From a bacterium UBP6_UBA1177 (lineage in GTDB: Bacteria; UBP6; UBA1177), in assembly GCA_002310995.1 (NCBI GenBank), contig DBYV01000012.1, forward strand, positions 2,000 through 65,999: DNA of 64,000 nucleotides, given 5' to 3'. The notes beneath the pieces were generated by a model, which did no database searches, was not told where the DNA came from, and saw only the letters and a program-made list of their open reading frames with translations. Positions 32,892 to 42,159 of the stretch are shown here, piece by piece (position 1 is the first letter of the stretch; each line of letters begins with the position of its first letter). Made by a program: the position numbers and the translations under genes.

Positions 32892-35288
32892 TTAAATCCT
32901 CTTTTTAACGAAATAAACCATTGCCGAAAGAGCAAAAAAGTAGCAGAAAGCAGCAAGGACAAAAACAAATTTAAACCCGTAAATCATCGCAATCAATATT
33001 GAAATCACTGATGCAAGAATAGAACCTACTCCGTTTGCACCGAAAGCCAAAGGAATAAAAAAAGACTTCTTTTCACCCGCCAGGAAAAGTGAAACAGGGA
33101 AAACAGTACCAGCAATAAAGCCGAGCGGCGCCATGAAAAGCACCGTAAAAAGAAGTTTTAATGTAAAGGCAAGTCCTGAGCAGAAAGCCATGAAATGCGG
33201 CACAAGAACTGCATACCCCAAAATCATAAGCGGAAGAAATATCGCCAAAAAACCGAAAAACAGTTTTTCACCGCTCGCAATCAGTATTTTTTTACTGAAA
33301 AGCGATCCCAGCGCCGAAAAGACGAGCATGATTCCTATTGCAGTAGCTGCGGAAGTCGCAGGATCACCGAAAAGCAGGGTAAAATGCTGGATAAATGTCA
33401 TTTCGATAAACATAAAACCAAATCCGAAAGCTGCAAAGGCAAGCATCTGAACAACAGGCAAATATCTTTTTTCATCTCTGGACATGAAAAATAGCGGTGA
33501 AACCAGTATTGAAAGCGACAAAAACAGAAGCTGAACAAATGTCAGAAGCAAAACCGTGAGCTGGAAAGGACCACCGGCTAAACCAGTGCCCCAGATTTCC
33601 TGCGGAATTTCCCCGCCTCCTAATTTGAAGTAGTTGAAAAAGAATGGCCTGTCATCGTTTACCGGTTTGATATTAAAAGGATAATCCTCGATAAAAACAT
33701 TCTCGGTCCCGTTTTCAAGTGATCTGAAATAATGAACAAAACCGCTGTTTATGAAATCCAGAGCCTGATTGCTTGAAAAGTTCACTCCTTTAACAATCGG
33801 ATCGTAGTAAAGCTCTCCGGCAGAAAATCCTGGCGCATAAATTATCCGCAAGTTTTTCGTTTCAGCAACAATATCAGCGATTTCATTGAGTTCTGTCCAT
33901 GTGTACGGACGTTTTTTAACGAGAACGCTCGCCAAAATACCGTCACCGATAATCACAATGTTATTTTCAGGATGCTCATATCCCGCCTCTTTCAACACCA
34001 GAGAAGCAGTCACGGCAACTTTAAGAGTCTCTCGCGGAGGCCACAGCATCCACCTGATGACAGCAAGCGTTCCATCATCTTTCATACGATCAAAATAAGT
34101 CCGGAAAGCCTCTTTTGTGTAAAGATAACTTTCGTTCATTATATAAGCGCCGTTCAAAAGCGCAGAGACAGTATCTGTGCCTGAAAGCTGAATAAGATCG
34201 TACTTTTTATCGGTTTTTCCCAAGAATGCCCTGACTTCATCATGAACAACTGACACTTTTTCGTTTTGCAGGATGTCATATTTAAAAGTCGAGTATTTCC
34301 GTTTAGTTAAATCTATGACAGCATTGTTAACCTCAACAGATGTAACCGATTTTGCCTGCCAGAAAAGAGCTGCTGAAATATCAGTTGCCGAAAGTCCTGC
34401 AACAAAAACATCCGGGGCATAAAGCCCGAAATATCCTGCCGAATATAGCGAATAAACTATCTGTGAAGGCTCTTCCGAAAAGTCATATATGAGCGAGGCT
34501 GCATCGCCGTCGACAGTTATTATCCCTTTCTGCAATTTAAGCCAGTCGTTATGAAGCACATTTTCGTAAAAAGGGGCTATATCGACCCTGCCGGCACGGT
34601 TCCATCCTGTCATTTCCGATTTTGAAGGGGCCTGGCTCAGAATTTTTGAAGGAGCCGGGTTGAACACAAAAAGACTCTCTTTTAAAGGGAACAAAACAAG
34701 TGTGAGTGCAATAAGCACAGCTGAAACAATTTTTCCGGCACTCCCCTTTTTAGCAGCGAAAGCAATAAAAAGAGAGGAGAGTGCAGCGCACAACATTGCT
34801 GTGACAAGCGCCCCTTCCATTCCGAGAGCTTCAAGCAGAGGAAGGGCCGAAAAACATCCTGCAACTGAACCCAGAACCGAAAAAAAGTAGCTTATATTCA
34901 CGTTTTTGCTGTTGTTTTCAAAAACCGCAAGAAGGATTAGTCCACCAAAAAAATGAGGTAGAAAAAGCAGTATGTAATCAAAAAAGAGGAAAACTATCAT
35001 AAAAAGTTTATTAGGCATCATCGGATCTAGTGTAATCCGCGAAGTCAAAGCAAAGGCAAACGGAATCGAAAGAACAAACAAAACAGAGGCTGTCCAAATA
35101 AACCTTTCATAATTTTTCAAACTTTTTTTAACGGCAAGAACCGTTCCTGCAGCGGCATATCCCGTCAAGGCCACGGCAACCACCATGTATGTCATATGAT
35201 GCCACGACGTAAACGAAAATATCCTCGTTTGGAGAACTTCCAGCGCGAAAAGCACTGCGGAAATCAAAAAAACTGCCGGAAAAATCAT
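32892..35288 (-). CDS. polytopic membrane protein with a central spermidine-synthase-like (class I MTase fold) domain
   Basis: About 7 N-terminal and about 8 C-terminal TM helices. The central part, VEVNNAVIDL...VHDEVRAFL...KKYDLIQLSGTDT...LYTKEAFRTYFDRMKDDGTLAV, parallels SpeE. The GGGDGG site is replaced by AGLSATD. Confidence 0.55.
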   Translation of the reverse strand: MIFPAVFLISAVLFALEVLQTRIFSFTSWHHMTYMVVAVALTGYAAAGTVLAVKKSLKNYERFIWTASVLFVLSIPFAFALTSRITLDPMMPNKLFMIVFLFFDYILLFLPHFFGGLILLAVFENNSKNVNISYFFSVLGSVAGCFSALPLLEALGMEGALVTAMLCAALSSLFIAFAAKKGSAGKIVSAVLIALTLVLFPLKESLFVFNPAPSKILSQAPSKSEMTGWNRAGRVDIAPFYENVLHNDWLKLQKGIITVDGDAASLIYDFSEEPSQIVYSLYSAGYFGLYAPDVFVAGLSATDISAALFWQAKSVTSVEVNNAVIDLTKRKYSTFKYDILQNEKVSVVHDEVRAFLGKTDKKYDLIQLSGTDTVSALLNGAYIMNESYLYTKEAFRTYFDRMKDDGTLAVIRWMLWPPRETLKVAVTASLVLKEAGYEHPENNIVIIGDGILASVLVKKRPYTWTELNEIADIVAETKNLRIIYAPGFSAGELYYDPIVKGVNFSSNQALDFINSGFVHYFRSLENGTENVFIEDYPFNIKPVNDDRPFFFNYFKLGGGEIPQEIWGTGLAGGPFQLTVLLLTFVQLLFLSLSILVSPLFFMSRDEKRYLPVVQMLAFAAFGFGFMFIEMTFIQHFTLLFGDPATSAATAIGIMLVFSALGSLFSKKILIASGEKLFFGFLAIFLPLMILGYAVLVPHFMAFCSGLAFTLKLLFTVLFMAPLGFIAGTVFPVSLFLAGEKKSFFIPLAFGANGVGSILASVISILIAMIYGFKFVFVLAAFCYFFALSAMVYFVKKRI

Positions 35289-35390
35289 TGTTCACTCCTC
35301 CGATGGACACAAAAACGAAGGATTATAGTTATTTTTTAAACAGGCGCAAAAAATGAGTTTAGCGGAACAATCAGAAAAAGCAGAATGTTT

Positions 35391-37277
35391 TTAATTCATC
35401 CACTTTTTGACGTCGTTCAGGAATTTTTCAGGCTGATTTACAGAAACGCTGTGGGAACTTTCAGGATAGAACGGAAATGTGACAGTTGCCGACTCTCCGT
35501 CTTTGAAATGAACGGTGAACGACTCGTCGCCGGTTTCGACGCTTGAAACATTGCTGAACTTTTTAGCAGCTTCGGGAGTTGCTTCTGCATAAAGGATTAT
35601 ATCTTCTTCCGCCTTAGTGATGAAAGTTTTTGCGGTTCTTATGTTTTCAAGGAACATTTCGCCGTTCACATCGTCGTAAGGATCTACGGAAGCATCGTAA
35701 AATGTTGAAAGTATCGTGTCGTTGGTATCGACATAGTATTCGTCGTATTGCGGAAGGGTGCCGAAAACGCTTTCTAAATCGCCGGTTGAAAGCGGATGCG
35801 CGTTGCGCTGCTCAATACGTGCCTTCAAAATGATTTTTACGCTTTCTGGAACATTCTCGAGTTTATCTAAATCTGCGATATTTCTAGAATATTCGCTTAC
35901 GTTTTTGTATCTGAACGCGCCGGTTCTGTTCGCCGCATAAAGATTTTCTATTTTGGTAGGATCATTCATTATGAACTGTTTGAACATCGTGAACTGAAGC
36001 ATTTTCGCGATGCCGTAATCGGTGTAGTCGAAAAGCCAGTTGTATTCTCTGCGATAGGAATAGATGTCGCGTCCGGCATTTCGGACGTAATTTACAGCTC
36101 TGTTATATTTGTCGCAGTTCCACGAAGAGCCGCATGGCGAGTATTTTTTACCTGTTTCCTGCTGAATCGTGTAAAGCGGACTATTACTCTTTTCAAGAAC
36201 TTCTCCGATAGCATCCAACTGCTGCTGTCCCATGGCTAGCGGCTGGATCATGATCTGTCTGCCGAACTGCTTTGCAACTACTTCTGTCGAAGGCATTCCT
36301 GTTACCGTTGAATCGATTCCCTGGAAATGGGCGGCAATCTCGTTGAAAAGCGCCTGATCGTAGAATACTCTGTTCTTCTGAGCGTAGTCGGCTACATTGA
36401 GCAGAATGTTTATCACAGCAGTCGTTCTTGTTCCGCCGTAGCTTTCACCCGCGAGAACGACCGGATTCGACTTTATTTTCGGATGAGTTTCCAGAAAGCG
36501 GAGAATTACGCGGATGAAGTCGGCCGCATCAACGAAAACGTTGAAATTGGCAGTCGAAAAATAGTTGGAACGGGCGCTGCTGCTGGAAGGATTGTCAACT
36601 ATGCCGTAGGAAAATCCGGTCTGGCGTGCATCGATGTAAAGAAGGTTGCCGAGCTTGTTCCAGTTCCACTGGTTGTCCGCAACACCTTCGCCTGCAAACG
36701 CCTGATCTGCCGTTTTTCTGGAGGTGTTGTAGAGGAAAATAAGCGATGAAGAAGAGCCCGGACCGCCGTTGTACAGAACAAAAAGCGGTTTATCCTGCGG
36801 ATTTTCGTCCGCCGGCTGGAAATCGTACCAGATTTTCGCCCTGCCGCTTTTATTGCTTTTGTTGCTGAGAGTGTAGCTGATTTCCTCCAGATCGATGAAG
36901 CCAGATTCATAGTCGAGACTTTCGACAATAACAACAGGATCATCATCGGTTTCAGTATCACTGTTGTCTGTATCGTTGCCGCCTGTCTGTTCAGAATCGT
37001 TTTCATTTTGTTCGGAAGTATCGCTGTCGTCGGTAGAATTACCGCTATCAGGCCAGACATTGTCCGAATCACCGGCAGAATCAGAAGAATCCGCATCGTT
37101 ATCGAAAAGAGAATCGCCAGAATCGTCGGCTGTATCAGTAGCGTCTGTATCATCATCCGTTTTATCACTATCCTCATAACCTGCATCCGGGCTTTTAAGT
37201 ATTTGTCTCCCTGAATCACAGGAAACAGCCATGAGCACCACGCAAAACAGCGCGAAAACAACAAAAATCTTTTTCAT
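35391..37277 (-). CDS. peptidase S10 (serine carboxypeptidase)-like lipoprotein with long acidic tether
   Basis: Lipobox MAVS|C and about 105 aa of D/S/T-rich tether. S10 motifs are LYNGGPGSSS, catalytic LAGESYGG and C-terminal ESSHSVSVNQPE (His). Confidence 0.75.
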   Translation of the reverse strand: MKKIFVVFALFCVVLMAVSCDSGRQILKSPDAGYEDSDKTDDDTDATDTADDSGDSLFDNDADSSDSAGDSDNVWPDSGNSTDDSDTSEQNENDSEQTGGNDTDNSDTETDDDPVVIVESLDYESGFIDLEEISYTLSNKSNKSGRAKIWYDFQPADENPQDKPLFVLYNGGPGSSSSLIFLYNTSRKTADQAFAGEGVADNQWNWNKLGNLLYIDARQTGFSYGIVDNPSSSSARSNYFSTANFNVFVDAADFIRVILRFLETHPKIKSNPVVLAGESYGGTRTTAVINILLNVADYAQKNRVFYDQALFNEIAAHFQGIDSTVTGMPSTEVVAKQFGRQIMIQPLAMGQQQLDAIGEVLEKSNSPLYTIQQETGKKYSPCGSSWNCDKYNRAVNYVRNAGRDIYSYRREYNWLFDYTDYGIAKMLQFTMFKQFIMNDPTKIENLYAANRTGAFRYKNVSEYSRNIADLDKLENVPESVKIILKARIEQRNAHPLSTGDLESVFGTLPQYDEYYVDTNDTILSTFYDASVDPYDDVNGEMFLENIRTAKTFITKAEEDIILYAEATPEAAKKFSNVSSVETGDESFTVHFKDGESATVTFPFYPESSHSVSVNQPEKFLNDVKKWMN

Positions 37278-37303
37278 TTAAGTCCTCCAAAACAAAACGG
37301 TAA

Positions 37304-37331
37304 ATTATAATAATGCTGGAATTTTTGGCAA
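37304..37331 (-). promoter_or_regulatory. sigma70-type promoter TTGCCA-16-TATAAT for the S10 lipoprotein gene
   Basis: Minus strand: -35 at 37326-37331 and -10 at 37304-37309. Confidence 0.5.
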
Positions 37332-37337
37332 GATGCT

Positions 37338-37386
37338 GTTTTTTCGCCGCCGCTAATTTTGTGTCGATATTTCGAAATTTCGACAA
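37338..37386. repeat. second copy of the GCCGCC + ATTTCGNN octamer element, between two divergent lipoprotein promoters
   Basis: T6-CGCCGCCGC-TAATTTTGTG-TCGATATTTCGAAATTTCGACA, with ATTTCGA at 37369 and 37377 (8-nt period). It matches the reverse complement of the right half of the 7691-7792 element. Confidence 0.55.
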
Positions 37387-37391
37387 TTTTT

Positions 37392-37419
37392 TTGCTTTCC
37401 AGAATCTTTTCTTTATAAC
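37392..37419 (+). promoter_or_regulatory. sigma70-type promoter TTGCTT-16-TATAAC for the DUF1566 lipoprotein gene
   Basis: Hexamers at 37392-37397 and 37414-37419. Confidence 0.45.
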
Positions 37420-37458
37420 CCCGAAATAGTGACAAGATTTTTGTTTATGGAGACAATC

Positions 37459-38766
37459 ATGAAAAAATTCAACCTGATTTTCATTCTGGTTTTATCTGTT
37501 TTTCTTGTTTTTTCCTGCTCGTCTAAAGATGACGAAAAAGAAGAACTTGCAGACACCGACAGCAACGCGGTGCAGGACGCTGATAGTAGCGGCGACACAC
37601 AGCCTGATGAAACCGCAAACAATGATGACAAAAACGACACAGTGTCAGAATATGACGATTCCGACACTTCGGATACCGGTATAACGGATAACGATATTCC
37701 GGACACAGAAGATGATCCAGACACAACGCCGGAACAACCTGACGACACTGACCCGACCGAAGAGCCTGATGACGATGCCGACACCGATCCAACTGATGAT
37801 TCTGACACAGATACCAACGATGACGATCAGGAAACCATAATTCCCAATATCCCCGTCGTTTTCGGCAACATCTGCACAGGCCAGACCAAATGCTATGACG
37901 AATCAGCCGAAATCACCTGCCCGGATGAGGGCGAAGCGTTCTTCGGACAGGATGCGCAGTATGCAGAAAAAGGCGAATGCATTCCGCAGAAATTCACGGT
38001 CAAAGGCTCGGGAGACGAAAAAATCGTCTTTGACGAAAACCTCAAACTTGAATGGCAGCAGAAGATTCCTGAAGGCGAATTTGACTGGCAGAGTGCCGCA
38101 AATTACTGCGGACAAGAATATGCGGGAAGTTACGGCTGGCGGCTTCCCACACCGAAAGAACTTCTTTCGATTGCTGACAACGGCAAATTTGATCCTGCAA
38201 TAAATACAGATTATTTCCCCGGCACGCCCGACGAATGGTTCTGGACCTCAGCCGATTTCGCTTCAACTGCCGATGCAGACCAGAACAAAGCATGGTTTGT
38301 CCGCTTCGACAAAGGCTTTTTGAGCCACAAAGCCAAAACCGAAAGCGAAAAGATGCATGTTCGCTGCGTCCGCGGCACAACTCTGCCTGACGGAGAGTTT
38401 GAAACCCGGACAATCGGCGAAGACGAAGTCGTCAAAGATTCAGTCACAGGACTAATGTGGCAGAAAACCTACAAAGACGGCGTGAAAAAATTCGCCGACG
38501 CCCTTTCAACCTGCGAAAACCTTGACTACGCCGGCTTTACAGACTGGCGGCTTCCTAACAAAAACGAACTTGCCTCAATCGCAAACTACGCCAAATACCG
38601 CCCCGCGTCAGACTTTCCTGACATGCCGAACCGCTCCTTCCGCACTTCAACTACCGATGCAAAAAGCAGTAAAAACGCATGGTACATCCTTTTCAGCGAA
38701 AGCGGCATAAATTTCGGCGGCAAATCAAATTCAGACATAGTCCGCTGCGTCCGCAGAGGCGAATAA
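37459..38766 (+). CDS. DUF1566 (Lcl C-terminal-like) lipoprotein, two DUF1566 repeats, long acidic tether
   Basis: GGAG RBS, MKKFNLIFILVLSVFLVFS|C and about 115 aa of D/T/E-rich tether. A GNICTGQTKCY...FFGQDAQY cassette is followed by two LxWQ ... WRLP[TN]xxEL ... VRCVR units. Confidence 0.8.
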   Translation: MKKFNLIFILVLSVFLVFSCSSKDDEKEELADTDSNAVQDADSSGDTQPDETANNDDKNDTVSEYDDSDTSDTGITDNDIPDTEDDPDTTPEQPDDTDPTEEPDDDADTDPTDDSDTDTNDDDQETIIPNIPVVFGNICTGQTKCYDESAEITCPDEGEAFFGQDAQYAEKGECIPQKFTVKGSGDEKIVFDENLKLEWQQKIPEGEFDWQSAANYCGQEYAGSYGWRLPTPKELLSIADNGKFDPAINTDYFPGTPDEWFWTSADFASTADADQNKAWFVRFDKGFLSHKAKTESEKMHVRCVRGTTLPDGEFETRTIGEDEVVKDSVTGLMWQKTYKDGVKKFADALSTCENLDYAGFTDWRLPNKNELASIANYAKYRPASDFPDMPNRSFRTSTTDAKSSKNAWYILFSESGINFGGKSNSDIVRCVRRGE

Positions 38767-38833
38767 AAACAGGTTCGCTTTCATTCCATTTTCTATTGTC
38801 GATAAAAGATATTTTGAATAATTTGTGAAATGA

Positions 38834-41107
38834 TTATTTGCAGTCTGTGGAATAAGTTATTTCTGTAGCCGTGCCGTTAAGGCCGTTCGGAGACGAATCG
38901 TCTGCATTGCCGCTGAAATCCCAGAAAGCGATCGTATCATTGTCTGCACTGAGCACACTAGGAGTGAAGTCTGCCGAATATTTCGTGGTATTCGAAATCT
39001 TTATTGCATCGATAAGGCCTTTGAAATAAAGATCAGTGCCGCTAATAAGGGGTTGGTCATAATAATAACCGATTTTAAGTGCGCTGGAGACTGTTCTCGG
39101 AGTGCGCTCACTGCTGCTGGTCTTTTCGCCTGCCAGTTTTCCGTTTATATAAAGACGAAGCAGGGATGTTCCGTTATCTACATGATAAGAAAGTGCAATA
39201 TGATTCCAGTCTTCTTTGATCGGTGAATCAGCATCTGTATTCTGGTATTTGATTTCAGCACTAAGATCTGCGGAGCTGCTGTAATAAAAACCGCCGTACA
39301 TATTGTAATAAGTATTTGAATCAGACGTTGTCTTGTAGAAACCGGTCAGAAAATATCCGTCACCCTTCCTTAGAATCGGAGTTTTTTTGTAAGTTGATGT
39401 CGGGAGATTACTCATATCCTGCTTTACCCAGGCTTCAATCGTCCAAGCCTGTCCGAGATTCAGCAGATCGTTGTCTGCAATTTCGATTTTGGATTTCTCT
39501 CCGTTAAAAACTGCGGAACAGAGAGGTTTGCACTCGTCACCTTCCGATCCGTCAGGACGGGCGTTTGAAACACATTTGTACTGGCACGGCTCAGGTTCTC
39601 CGTCTCCGTAATGTGTCGTATATGCAGGTCCCGGCATCCATGCTCCTGCTTCAACATCGTAATATACGTCGTAGCTCGAATCACCGTTCCATTCGGAATG
39701 TGCAGGCTTAGCATCGCATTTCTTTGTTTTGTAGCAGTTCTGCGCTGAAGAATCCCACGTTCCGCCTGCGCTGGCACATTTTTCTTCGTCGGACAGTGGT
39801 GTCTGATCTTCGTCATTCGTCGGATTTTCAGAATCTGAATCATCATCATTCACTGGGTTTTCCGAATCTGAATCATCATCAATATCTGTGTCTGCTGCAT
39901 CTTCATCGGGATTCGTATCAATAGGATCGTTAGGATCTGTCTGGTTCGTTGAACCGTTGACAAGCGTTGTTACGAAATCCTTGCCTGCCTGCTGCATTCT
40001 TGCGAAATCGCTACCGAGAGATGTCGTGCAGTCAAGAACTAGCATTATCAGCGCACTGTTCTTATCCTCCGTGATAGTGCTCGAACTTGCAGGATTGAAC
40101 TCAGACTCTTTGTCCCAGCCACCGGTACTGGTCTCTTTCCACAACATTATTCTGCTGATGTCAGCATCCGACACAGGAGTGTTACCGTCATCGTATTTAA
40201 GGTCTTCAAACACGAAATGGTAGTATGCCCCGTCCGGAGAACCGGTCGATACTGTAGTCTGGCTGCTTAAACCGTGGTATGTGATATCTTCAAGAGTTCT
40301 TCCCTCGGAGCGGTGGTAGGTAGCTTCAATGTAGAGGTCAGAATCTGTAGCCGTATCTGAATTGTCGAATGTGAAGCGCAGATGCTGGCCGTCATCGTAA
40401 CCGCCGGGCACTTTAATATCCAGGTTTACCGTTTTGGAAACTGAATAAAGGGCTTCGGCTATTGCCTTGAAATGCTCCATAGCTTCTTCCATGTCAGAAA
40501 CCTGAAAAACATTTTCGTCACTGCTTGCCAACTTTTTCAGCGTTTCAGCAAATGCAACCTCGTCGGTGACATCCTTGCCCTTAAGGCCGATGGTGTAAGC
40601 AGCTACGTTTAATCCGTGTATTTTATCGTTTGCAATCATCTCATGAAGTGCGTCTCTGTATGCGGCTGTGCTGTCGTAGTTCCCGGGATTATAGTCGTCG
40701 TTGGCAAGCGATATATTGTCGAGTCCGTCGGTAAATGTGACCAGAGCTACATTTTTTAGCTTTTCGGGAACGGGGTAGCTACGCATCATTTCCAGCGCGG
40801 TATAGTCGGCAAAGTAGAGAGCTGTGCCGTCGCCGGATGTGAGGTCATCAATAAAACTTTTGTAACTGCTTTCAGTTGAGTTGTCCAACAGACCGATTTC
40901 CCTGGTATATTGCGATTCGTTGAATCCGATAATCCCGAAGTAAATTCCCTCGTTTCCAGCAGCAGTATCGCCCGTATCAGTCTTGGTGTCATCGTCAGTC
41001 ACTGTGTCGCCCGAGTCTGCTTCGTCATATTTATTCTTTGAACCGCCGCACGAAACGACAAAAATCAAAACGGAAAAAATTGCAAAATAAACTAAAAATT
41101 TTTTCAT
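38834..41107 (-). CDS. lipoprotein with an N-terminal vWA-like domain, an acidic linker and a C-terminal LamG/concanavalin-A-like domain
   Basis: MKKFLVYFAIFSVLIFVVS|C. vWA-like strand VALVTFTDGLDN. LamG-like AWTIEAWVKQD...WNHIALSY...LRLYINGKLAGE. Start at 41107, after GGAGGAGG. Confidence 0.7.
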   Translation of the reverse strand: MKKFLVYFAIFSVLIFVVSCGGSKNKYDEADSGDTVTDDDTKTDTGDTAAGNEGIYFGIIGFNESQYTREIGLLDNSTESSYKSFIDDLTSGDGTALYFADYTALEMMRSYPVPEKLKNVALVTFTDGLDNISLANDDYNPGNYDSTAAYRDALHEMIANDKIHGLNVAAYTIGLKGKDVTDEVAFAETLKKLASSDENVFQVSDMEEAMEHFKAIAEALYSVSKTVNLDIKVPGGYDDGQHLRFTFDNSDTATDSDLYIEATYHRSEGRTLEDITYHGLSSQTTVSTGSPDGAYYHFVFEDLKYDDGNTPVSDADISRIMLWKETSTGGWDKESEFNPASSSTITEDKNSALIMLVLDCTTSLGSDFARMQQAGKDFVTTLVNGSTNQTDPNDPIDTNPDEDAADTDIDDDSDSENPVNDDDSDSENPTNDEDQTPLSDEEKCASAGGTWDSSAQNCYKTKKCDAKPAHSEWNGDSSYDVYYDVEAGAWMPGPAYTTHYGDGEPEPCQYKCVSNARPDGSEGDECKPLCSAVFNGEKSKIEIADNDLLNLGQAWTIEAWVKQDMSNLPTSTYKKTPILRKGDGYFLTGFYKTTSDSNTYYNMYGGFYYSSSADLSAEIKYQNTDADSPIKEDWNHIALSYHVDNGTSLLRLYINGKLAGEKTSSSERTPRTVSSALKIGYYYDQPLISGTDLYFKGLIDAIKISNTTKYSADFTPSVLSADNDTIAFWDFSGNADDSSPNGLNGTATEITYSTDCK

Positions 41108-41133
41108 TTTTGCCTCCTCCAAAAAACCGCAGT

Positions 41134-41161
41134 ATTTTAGGTATTATCATCAAAAGTGCAA
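41134..41161 (-). promoter_or_regulatory. sigma70-type promoter TTGCAC-16-TAAAAT for the vWA-like/LamG gene
   Basis: Minus strand: -35 at 41156-41161 and -10 at 41134-41139. Confidence 0.45.
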
Positions 41162-41254
41162 GTTTTCACAAGATGTTTTGATTAAATTCAATATGACGGA
41201 AATTTGCGCGCGAGCCGCGTGCTCTCCGACAATCATAAACCGATGTGGGCGGCT

Positions 41255-42124
41255 TTATTTCCAGATCTTTTCAGAAACTATAGCACCTGTTCCGAGAAGT
41301 AACATTACGAATCCGGCGATGAAATATGCCGAAAGTTTTTCACCGAGAAAAACGACCGCGAAAACAGTTGCAACTGCCGGTTTCAGCATGAAAATAAGCG
41401 ATGAACTGACTGGCGAATATTTCTTGATCGTCGCCAGAAATGTGACGTAACCCAGGCCCGTGACGATGAAACCGAGATAAACAAAGGCAATCAGTTTTGC
41501 GTAATCTTTAAAGAAAACCGGATTTAGAGCTAAACTTTTTCCTGTAAGTGCCATAAAGATCGAAAGCGAGACTATTCCGAAGAAAAACGACACCAGATTT
41601 ACCGAAAACGGCTTTATCTTAGAGACCGTTTTTTTGCTGAGGACCGTGAATCCGGCAAAAATCACAGCCGCAGAAACAGCATAAATCGCGCCGTAGTTCA
41701 GTTTGAAGCCTTTTTCCCACATGATTACGAATATCGCGGCGACACCGATCAAAAGTCCTACGATTTTTCTAGCGCTGATTTTTTCGTAACCTGCGATCGA
41801 AGAAATTATCATGACAAAAAGCGGGTTCGAGCAGAAAATCGCCGCCGCCGTCGCCGGGGTGCTCTCCTTTACGGCAAACTGAAGGAGGCTCATTGCAAGA
41901 AAAGCGTTCAGAAAACCGAGCAGAAACAGGAAAAACCAGTCGCTTTTCGAGAATCCGGCAATTTCAGCAAAACGTTTTTTCATGCCGGGATAAAACAGGA
42001 AAAAAACAAATCCCATTGAAAAGCGCCAGAAAGTGAGGGCGAACGGGTCGATGTAAGGCATTAGCGGTTTCGAGACAACTTCAAGTGACGCGAAAATGAG
42101 AAGTGTGAGAATAAAGAAAATCAT
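41255..42124 (-). CDS. EamA/DMT-family transporter
   Basis: 289 aa, about 10 TM helices in two EamA-like halves. Confidence 0.75.
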   Translation of the reverse strand: MIFFILTLLIFASLEVVSKPLMPYIDPFALTFWRFSMGFVFFLFYPGMKKRFAEIAGFSKSDWFFLFLLGFLNAFLAMSLLQFAVKESTPATAAAIFCSNPLFVMIISSIAGYEKISARKIVGLLIGVAAIFVIMWEKGFKLNYGAIYAVSAAVIFAGFTVLSKKTVSKIKPFSVNLVSFFFGIVSLSIFMALTGKSLALNPVFFKDYAKLIAFVYLGFIVTGLGYVTFLATIKKYSPVSSSLIFMLKPAVATVFAVVFLGEKLSAYFIAGFVMLLLGTGAIVSEKIWK

Positions 42125-42159
42125 GGTTTTAAAAGATTATAAGTTTTTAAGATCACTAG

